Assembly (NCBI GenBank): GCA_963801445.1
Contig: CAWDEW010000013.1
Span: 117,866-181,865 of the forward strand
From: an uncultured Chloroflexia bacterium
GTDB taxonomy: Bacteria > Chloroflexota > Limnocylindria > Limnocylindrales > CSP1-4
DNA: 64,000 nt
Direction: 5' to 3'
Shown here: piece by piece, positions 56,950 through 64,000 of the stretch
Layout: the number at the start of each line of letters is the position of its first letter
Position numbering within the stretch: the first letter of the stretch is position 1
Position numbers and translations under genes: made by a program
The notes under the pieces: generated by a model
Seen by the model: only the letters and a program-made list of their open reading frames with translations
What the model was told of the DNA's origin: nothing
The model's database searches: none

Positions 56950-58203
56950 ATGGGTCAGGTTGGCGCGGTCCAGGCCGTCGAGATCCTCGTCACGCTGCTG
57001 GGCGTGGCGATGGTCGTCGCGATCGCGGTCCGCCGGCTCCACCTCCCGTACAGCGTGGCCCTGGTCCTGGTCGGGTTCGCGGTGGCCGCGATCGTCTCCG
57101 CGCTCCGGCCGGGCGAGCGGCTCACGATCGGGCCGGACCTCGTGCTCATCGTGCTCCTGCCTGGCCTCGTCTTCGAGGCCGGGTACCGGCTGGACCTCGC
57201 CCACCTGCGGCGGACCCTGGCCGGCCTGCTGCTGCTCGCCGCCCCGGGCGTCTTCATCTCGGCCGGGATCGTGGGCGTCACGCTGCACCTCGTCGTGGGG
57301 ATGCCGCTCGACCTTGCCTTCGTGGTCGGGGCGATGGTCTCGGCGACGGACCCGGTGGCCGTGATCGCGACGTTCCGCGAGCTGCGCACGCCGGCTGCCG
57401 TCGCGACGCTCGTCGAGGGCGAGAGCCTCGCGAACGACGGCACCGGGCTGGTCGTCTTCGCGCTGGCCCTCAAGGCGGTCGGCACCCCCGTCGCCCCGAC
57501 CGAAGTCGCCGTCTCATTCGTCGCGATCGTCGTCGCGTCGCTCGCGATCGGCGCGGCAGCCGGCTGGATCGCGAGCCGTTTCATGGGCCTCACCGACGAC
57601 CACCTCGTGGAGCTGACGGTCTCGGTGGTCCTGGCCTACGGGACGTATCTCGTCGCCGACCAGGTCCACGCCTCGGGCGTGATCGCGACGGTGACGGCCG
57701 CCATCGTGCTCGGCAACTACGGTCGGCCCCGGACGATGTCGGAGACCGGCAGCGGCGCCCTGGACACGGTCTGGGAGTTCCTGGCCTTCGTCATGACGGC
57801 GGTCGTATTCCTGCTGATCGGATTCGCCGTCCAGCCGGCCCAGCTCGCGGGGTCGATCGGGCCGATCGCCGTCGCGATCGTCGCCGTCATGGCGGCGCGG
57901 GCCGTCGTGGTCTACGGCCTGCTCGGCATCCCATCCCGGCTCATCGCCCCGCGCGCCTCCGGGATGCCGCCGGGGTGGCTCCATGTCCTCTTCTGGGCAG
58001 GGCTCCGGGGGGCCGTGTCGGTCGCGATGGCCCTGGCTCTCCCGGAGGACCTGCCCCAGCGGGCGACGCTCCAGGAGATCACCTTCGGGGTCGTCGTCTT
58101 CACCCTGTTCGTCCAGGGGACCACCGCGCGCGCGGTGGTGTCGCGGGCCCTGGGCACCTCCGGCGCGGGCTCTGCGGGCTCGGGCGGCAGCCCGGCCAGC
58201 TGA
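56950..58203 (+). CDS. Na+/H+ antiporter, CPA1 (NhaP-type)
   Basis: 12-TM protein with the CPA1 ESLANDG motif region (VEGESLANDGTGLVVF). Confidence 0.8.
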   Translation: MGQVGAVQAVEILVTLLGVAMVVAIAVRRLHLPYSVALVLVGFAVAAIVSALRPGERLTIGPDLVLIVLLPGLVFEAGYRLDLAHLRRTLAGLLLLAAPGVFISAGIVGVTLHLVVGMPLDLAFVVGAMVSATDPVAVIATFRELRTPAAVATLVEGESLANDGTGLVVFALALKAVGTPVAPTEVAVSFVAIVVASLAIGAAAGWIASRFMGLTDDHLVELTVSVVLAYGTYLVADQVHASGVIATVTAAIVLGNYGRPRTMSETGSGALDTVWEFLAFVMTAVVFLLIGFAVQPAQLAGSIGPIAVAIVAVMAARAVVVYGLLGIPSRLIAPRASGMPPGWLHVLFWAGLRGAVSVAMALALPEDLPQRATLQEITFGVVVFTLFVQGTTARAVVSRALGTSGAGSAGSGGSPAS

Positions 58204-58372
58204 CCCCCCCGCGGGTTGCGACCGGGGGCCGGCCGCCTTGCCGGCGGATGCTACGATCCGTCCCGAACCCGAGCCAGCCCCTCGTACGGGGTCCGTCCGC
58301 GCCGTCACGCCAGCACGTGGCGGCCGTGATGCAGGGACCCGCGATGATCCGGCCGGGAGCAGGAGCGAACGC

Positions 58373-59485
<1,113 letters not shown>

Positions 59486-59580
59486 CCAGCCCGGACCGGC
59501 GCGGAGGCCGGTCCCGCCGCCTCGACGAGCCGGGTCGCATGGCCCGGCTCGCCTGCGCCAGCCGTGCGATCATCTGGCCC

Positions 59581-60222
59581 ATGCCGACGCCCGAACCGGT
59601 CTCCAGCGCAGAAGCCTCCGACCCCCGGCCCGCGGGGAGCCCGGACCCGCTGGAGGAGCGCGTCGTCGGATCGCGGCCCATCTACCGGGGCCGCTACCTC
59701 GAGGTCACGGTCGACACGATCGAGCGCGCCGACGGCGCGCGCCACGAACGCGACGTGATCCGCCACCCCGGAGCCGTCGCCATCGTCGCGCTGGACGACC
59801 GGGAGCGCGTGCTCCTCGTGCGCCAGTGGCGCCTGCCGGCGGGCCGGGCGCTCCTGGAGATCCCCGCCGGCACGCTGGACCGGGCGGCCGACGGCACGAT
59901 CGAGGATCCCGCGCTCGCGGCGCCGCGCGAGCTCGAGGAGGAGACGGGCTACCGTGCCCGGCGCTGGGAGCTGCTCGGCACCTTCTGGACCGCGCCCGGC
60001 TTCGCCACCGAGCTGATGAGCCTCTACCTCGCCACGGATCTCGCTCCCGTCCACGAGAACCGGCTGGGGCCCGACGAGGACGAGGCCCTCGAGCTCGTCC
60101 GGATGCCCTGGCGGGAGGCGCTCGACGCCGTCGACGACGGGAGCTTCCACGACGCCAAGACGCTGGTCGGGCTCCTCACCCTGGGGCGGCGGATGGCTGC
60201 TGGGACGGGCGCCCGCGCCTGA
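59581..60222 (+). CDS. NUDIX hydrolase (ADP-ribose pyrophosphatase-like); alternative start 59539
   Basis: Nudix box GTLDRAADGTIEDPALAAPRELEEETGY (GX5EX7REUXEEXGU-like). Confidence 0.7.
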   Translation: MPTPEPVSSAEASDPRPAGSPDPLEERVVGSRPIYRGRYLEVTVDTIERADGARHERDVIRHPGAVAIVALDDRERVLLVRQWRLPAGRALLEIPAGTLDRAADGTIEDPALAAPRELEEETGYRARRWELLGTFWTAPGFATELMSLYLATDLAPVHENRLGPDEDEALELVRMPWREALDAVDDGSFHDAKTLVGLLTLGRRMAAGTGARA

Positions 60223-60234
60223 CGGCGCGCCCCG

Positions 60235-60645
60235 TCAGCGGCCGGGCGCGAGGCGCTCGAGCCCGCCGCGGTAGAGCCGGCTGTCCGGCTTCAGGGCAAC
60301 CGCGAGCCGGAGGTGGGTCCGCCCCTCGGCCACCCGCCCGAGTCGGACCAGGCCCCGTCCGAGCGCGTAGTGGGCGTAGTGATTCGACGGATCGACTTCG
60401 AGCAGGATCCGGAACGTCTCCACGGCGCGCTCCACCTGGCCGCTGATGAAGTACGCGCGACCCAGCGGCTCGAGGATCGAGCCGCGCCGGGGCTCGCAGC
60501 GATCGGCCCGGGCCAGCACGATGGCGGCCTGCGCGTGGTGCCGTCGGGCAAGCAGCGCCTGGCCGCGCTGGAGCAGCTCGTAGGCGCCCTCGGGGTCCTG
60601 CGGGTCCTCGGGTTCGCCCCGGTCCCGCCGTGCTGTGTCGTCCAC
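60235..60645 (-). CDS. Tetratricopeptide-repeat protein
   Basis: Three TPR-like helical pairs (AYFISGQVERAVETFRILLEVDPSNHYAHYALGRGL). Confidence 0.55.
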   Translation of the reverse strand: MDDTARRDRGEPEDPQDPEGAYELLQRGQALLARRHHAQAAIVLARADRCEPRRGSILEPLGRAYFISGQVERAVETFRILLEVDPSNHYAHYALGRGLVRLGRVAEGRTHLRLAVALKPDSRLYRGGLERLAPGR

Positions 60646-60727
60646 GGCGCGGATCGTGCCACGGAAGCCGCGCGCGCGCCCGCGACGCGCTCGGGCGACA
60701 TCCCTCAGGGGCCGCCGGGCGTCCTGG

Positions 60728-63307
60728 TCAGGCTTCGGCGGCCGCCCCGGCGGCGAACGCGCGCGCCGCTACTGCGCGGTCCACGTCGTCGGCGGCCTCG
60801 GTCAGCAGGCGCCCCAGGGTCGGCAGCGAGTCGCCCTCCAGCAGCACGAGGTCCCGCGCACGCCGGGCGGTCGCGCCCTCCACGCGGTAGGACGGGAAGA
60901 GGGCTCCGACGTACGCCCGGACGAACTCGTGCTCGCGGGTCCGGGCAACGGTGGGCAGCGCCTCGAAGAAGCGCTCGACGTACGGCTCCAGCAGGTCGCG
61001 CTGGTTGGCCTGGTTGAACCCCCGCATCGCCGCCCGCGTCCGGTGCAGGGAGCCATATCCGGACCCGTGGATGCGCTCCCAGGCGGCCTCCTTGGCCGGC
61101 GCGTCCGGGGCCGCCGTCGCCGCGAGGAGGGCAAACCGCTCGCCGCGATCGGTGGCGTCCCGGCGCAGCTCCCCGGCGATCCGGTCGGGGGCGCCGGTCA
61201 GCCCGAAGGCCGACGCCGCCGCCACGATCCCCCAGCGCATCTCCTGGTCGATGGCGACAGCCGGCAGGCTGGCCGGGTCGTCGAGAGCGGCCAGGAGCGC
61301 CCCCACGTCGGCCGGCCCCGCGGCCGAGTCGATCACCGCGCGCAGCCAGAGGCGCCGGAGATCGCCAGGCGGCAGGTCCCCGAGCGCGGCGAACCCGGCC
61401 CGGGCGAACGCGGCGGCCTCGGGGACCCGGCTCTCCTCCGGGACGTAGCGGGCGAGCGCCGCGCGGGCGGCGGCCAGCGCACCGACGACGATCTCGTCGT
61501 CGCGCTCCTCCGGCAGGCGGTCCCGCACGAGGGCCAGGTAGCGGGATGCCGGCAGCTGCGCGTCGCGGACCATCTCCCAGAGCGTCGCCCAGAGCAGCTG
61601 GCGCAGGAGCGGGTCGTCGATGCGGCCCAGGAACGAGGGCGCCGCGGCGAGCGACGCCGGGTCCAGGCGAACCTTCGCGTAGCCATGGTCGCCGTGGTTG
61701 GGGAAGACGAGGTCGGGCGCGGGGCGGCCGACGGCCGCCTCGACCCAGGATTCCGCCCCGTCGATCCGGGCCGGGATCGCGTCGACGATCGCGCCGCCGT
61801 CCGGCAGGCCGCGGACCAGGGCGAGCTCCAGCGCGTGCGGACGCTGCGTCGGGTGCGCGTCGGGCGCTTCCTGGGTCAGCTCCAGCCGCTCCACCCGGCC
61901 GTCACGGACGGTCCAGCGGGCCTCGATCGTGTTGAGCGACGCCGACTCCAGCCAGCGGCTGGCCCAGTCGGCGAGGGGCCGGCCGCTGCCCTCCTCCAGC
62001 GCGGCGAGGAAGTCGCCCAGGCTCGCGTTGCCCCACGCATGGCGGTCGAAGTAGACCCGCAGGCCGGCCCGGAAGGCGTCGCGCCCCAGCGCGGCCACCA
62101 GCTGCTTGAGGACGGCGGCGCCCTTGCCGTACGTGATCCCGTCGAAGTTGTAGAAGGTGGCGTCGGTGTCGGGCACCGGCCCGGAGATCGGGTGGGTCGT
62201 GGACCGTTCGTCGGCCTGGTAGCCCCAGCGCTTCATGTCGGCGTGGAACGCCCGCCAGGCTCCCTCGAAGCGGGTCGCCTCGGCCAGGGCCAGGTTCGAC
62301 ACGTAGGTCGCGAAGCTCTCGTTCAACCACAGGTCGTCCCACCAGCGCATCGTCACGAGGTCGCCGAACCACATGTGGGCCAGCTCGTGAAGGATCGTCT
62401 CGGCCCGCGTGAGGCGCTGGCTCTCGGTGGGCGGATCCCGGTGGACGTAGGCCTCGGCAAACGTGACCGCCCCGGCATTCTCCATCGCCCCGGCGTTGAA
62501 CTCCGGGACGAAGAGCTGGTCGTACTTCGCGAACGGGAAGGGCCGGTCGAACAGCTCCGCGAAGAAGGCCATCCCCTGGCGGGTGACGGCGATCACCTCC
62601 GCCGCGTCGACGTGCTCGGCCAGCGACCGCCGGCTCCAGACGCCCAGCGGGACCGGGCCCGAATCGTCGAGCACGCCGACGTAGGGCCCGGCCACGACCG
62701 CGGCGAGGTAGGTCGCGAGCGGGGGCGTGGGCGCGAAGCGGTGGACGCGCCGACCATCCGGGCCTTGGTCGATCGAGGCCGTGGGCGAGTTCGAGATCAC
62801 GGCCCACTCGGCGGGGACGGTCACGACGAACGTGAAGCGACCCTTCAGGTCGGGCTGGTCGAAGCACGGGAAGAGCCGGTGCGCCTCGAACGGCTCGAAG
62901 TTCGAGTAGCAGTACTCCGCGCCGTCGACCGGGTCGATGAACCGGTGGAACCCGTCGCCGTTGCGGTCGAACGCGTTCTCGTAGACGATCCGGACGTCGA
63001 CCTCGGGCCCGAGCATCGCCGCCGGCAGGACGATCCGGCAGCCCGGCCGCTCCGCCGCCTCGAGCGCTCTCCCGTTGATCTCCAGGAGCTCGATCGTGCC
63101 TCCCCGGAAGTCGAGGAAGAGGTCGCCCGATCCCGCCAGCGAGAACCGGAGGCGGGCCTCGCCGCGGTAGGTCTCGCGGCCGGCCTCGAGGTCCAGCTCG
63201 ACGTGGTAGTCGAGGGGGCCGACACGCGCGGCGCGCTCGCGCGCCTCTTCGCGCGCCAGGACGTCATGGAGCAGCGCGGTCCCCGGAGCGGCGGCCGACG
63301 AGGTCAT
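60728..63307 (-). CDS. pepN: Aminopeptidase N (M1 family)
   Basis: Exopeptidase motif GAMEN and the zinc site HELAHMWFG-x18-E (WLNESFATY). Confidence 0.9.
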   Translation of the reverse strand: MTSSAAAPGTALLHDVLAREEARERAARVGPLDYHVELDLEAGRETYRGEARLRFSLAGSGDLFLDFRGGTIELLEINGRALEAAERPGCRIVLPAAMLGPEVDVRIVYENAFDRNGDGFHRFIDPVDGAEYCYSNFEPFEAHRLFPCFDQPDLKGRFTFVVTVPAEWAVISNSPTASIDQGPDGRRVHRFAPTPPLATYLAAVVAGPYVGVLDDSGPVPLGVWSRRSLAEHVDAAEVIAVTRQGMAFFAELFDRPFPFAKYDQLFVPEFNAGAMENAGAVTFAEAYVHRDPPTESQRLTRAETILHELAHMWFGDLVTMRWWDDLWLNESFATYVSNLALAEATRFEGAWRAFHADMKRWGYQADERSTTHPISGPVPDTDATFYNFDGITYGKGAAVLKQLVAALGRDAFRAGLRVYFDRHAWGNASLGDFLAALEEGSGRPLADWASRWLESASLNTIEARWTVRDGRVERLELTQEAPDAHPTQRPHALELALVRGLPDGGAIVDAIPARIDGAESWVEAAVGRPAPDLVFPNHGDHGYAKVRLDPASLAAAPSFLGRIDDPLLRQLLWATLWEMVRDAQLPASRYLALVRDRLPEERDDEIVVGALAAARAALARYVPEESRVPEAAAFARAGFAALGDLPPGDLRRLWLRAVIDSAAGPADVGALLAALDDPASLPAVAIDQEMRWGIVAAASAFGLTGAPDRIAGELRRDATDRGERFALLAATAAPDAPAKEAAWERIHGSGYGSLHRTRAAMRGFNQANQRDLLEPYVERFFEALPTVARTREHEFVRAYVGALFPSYRVEGATARRARDLVLLEGDSLPTLGRLLTEAADDVDRAVAARAFAAGAAAEA

Positions 63308-63380
63308 GGACGGGTGGGCACCCCGAGCTGGAGGTCGCGGGGCGCCCGTAACGCCCGCGACGAACGGCGATGGACGGTGA

Positions 63381-64000
63381 TCAGGCGCCCGCGCGCCATG
63401 CCCGGAGGTCGACGTGCTTCAGGCGCGGGCTGGGCGTCGCGCCCGGGATGCGGCCGCGCTTGGCGATCGGCCGGCCGTCGATCTCCTTGATGTCGCCGGT
63501 GAAGTCGATCGGGCTGGCGCCGGAGATGTAGCTGCCCACGGCGAAGTTGTCCGCCGGTGCGCCCTGCTCCTTGAAGGAGCGGATCCGGTCCGGGGTGAGG
63601 CCGCCGGACACCACGATCCGCACGTGGGAATGGCCGGCCTGGTCGAGCCGGGCCCGGATCTCCTTGACCAGGTCCACGGTGACCCGGCCGCGCTCCGACG
63701 GCGTGTCGAGACGGATCCCGTACAGCCGCTCGCCGAGGGCGTCGGCGACGCGGAGCGCCTCCTCGGCCTCGTCCTTGAACGTGTCGACGAGGACGATCCG
63801 GGGGACGTCCGGCTCCAGGTCGCGGTCGAACGCCTGGGCGGCGCGGACGGTGTCGCCCACGATCAGGACCAGCGAGTGGGGCATGGTCCCGGTCGGGTTC
63901 AGGTTGGCCAGCCGCGCGCCGGCCGGCGTGCTGGCACCCACGCAGCCGCCCACGATCGCCGCGTAGTCCAGGACGTCCGTCACGTCCGGGTGCACGTGGC
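63381..64000 (-). CDS. Nicotinate phosphoribosyltransferase family protein, C-terminal part; the N-terminus lies beyond the window end
   Basis: NAPRTase C-terminal domain (IRLDTPSERGRVTVDLVKEIRARLDQAGHSHVRIVVSGGL). The frame is still open at nt 64000. Confidence 0.7.
   Translation of the reverse strand, partial: HVHPDVTDVLDYAAIVGGCVGASTPAGARLANLNPTGTMPHSLVLIVGDTVRAAQAFDRDLEPDVPRIVLVDTFKDEAEEALRVADALGERLYGIRLDTPSERGRVTVDLVKEIRARLDQAGHSHVRIVVSGGLTPDRIRSFKEQGAPADNFAVGSYISGASPIDFTGDIKEIDGRPIAKRGRIPGATPSPRLKHVDLRAWRAGA

Overview
This is a very high-GC (~70%+) bacterial chromosomal window, probably actinobacterial or Chloroflexi-like; nearly every frame carries long Arg/Gly/Pro-rich antisense ORFs that are artefacts of the GC bias. 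Genes were called from conserved motifs and operon structure. Starts were computed from the ORF table and may be off by one codon, since GTG/TTG starts are common. The window holds several things worth a second look.

- A SARP-type regulator and an ECF sigma factor sit directly upstream of a complete bidirectional NAD-reducing [NiFe] hydrogenase operon (hoxEFUYH, hoxW, hypA).
- A 106-bp tandem repeat (about 2.3 copies, each with a hairpin) follows hypA.
- The NHEJ locus is ku, then a catalytically dead LigD-like "pseudoligase", then a full LigD (PE-Lig-Pol order).
- A second hydrogenase operon is group 3b (sulfhydrogenase-type), with the beta and gamma subunits fused. It is translationally coupled to a standalone cNMP-binding protein and has its own maturation protease.
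- A redox cluster combines a divergent glutaredoxin-thioredoxin reductase fusion with a tightly overlapping operon: GcvH-like lipoyl-carrier protein, two DGC-domain proteins, and an OsmC-like peroxidase. An ArsR regulator and a small CxxC thioredoxin-like protein follow.
- A czrA/czcD-like metal efflux pair is present.
- Two tandem BNR/Asp-box beta-propeller paralogs lie in series.
- An ECF-type Ni/Co uptake operon (nikMQO) has an N-terminal MHIPDG start, a His-rich ATPase tail, a truncated Fur-family gene fragment, and a 20-bp tandem duplication at its 3' end.
- The remainder includes cysE-cysK, an NhaP antiporter, an orphan MsiK-like ATPase, NUDIX, pepN, a partial NAPRTase, and a tRNA-His with encoded G-1 and CCA.

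No CRISPR array, integrase or transposase was recognised.
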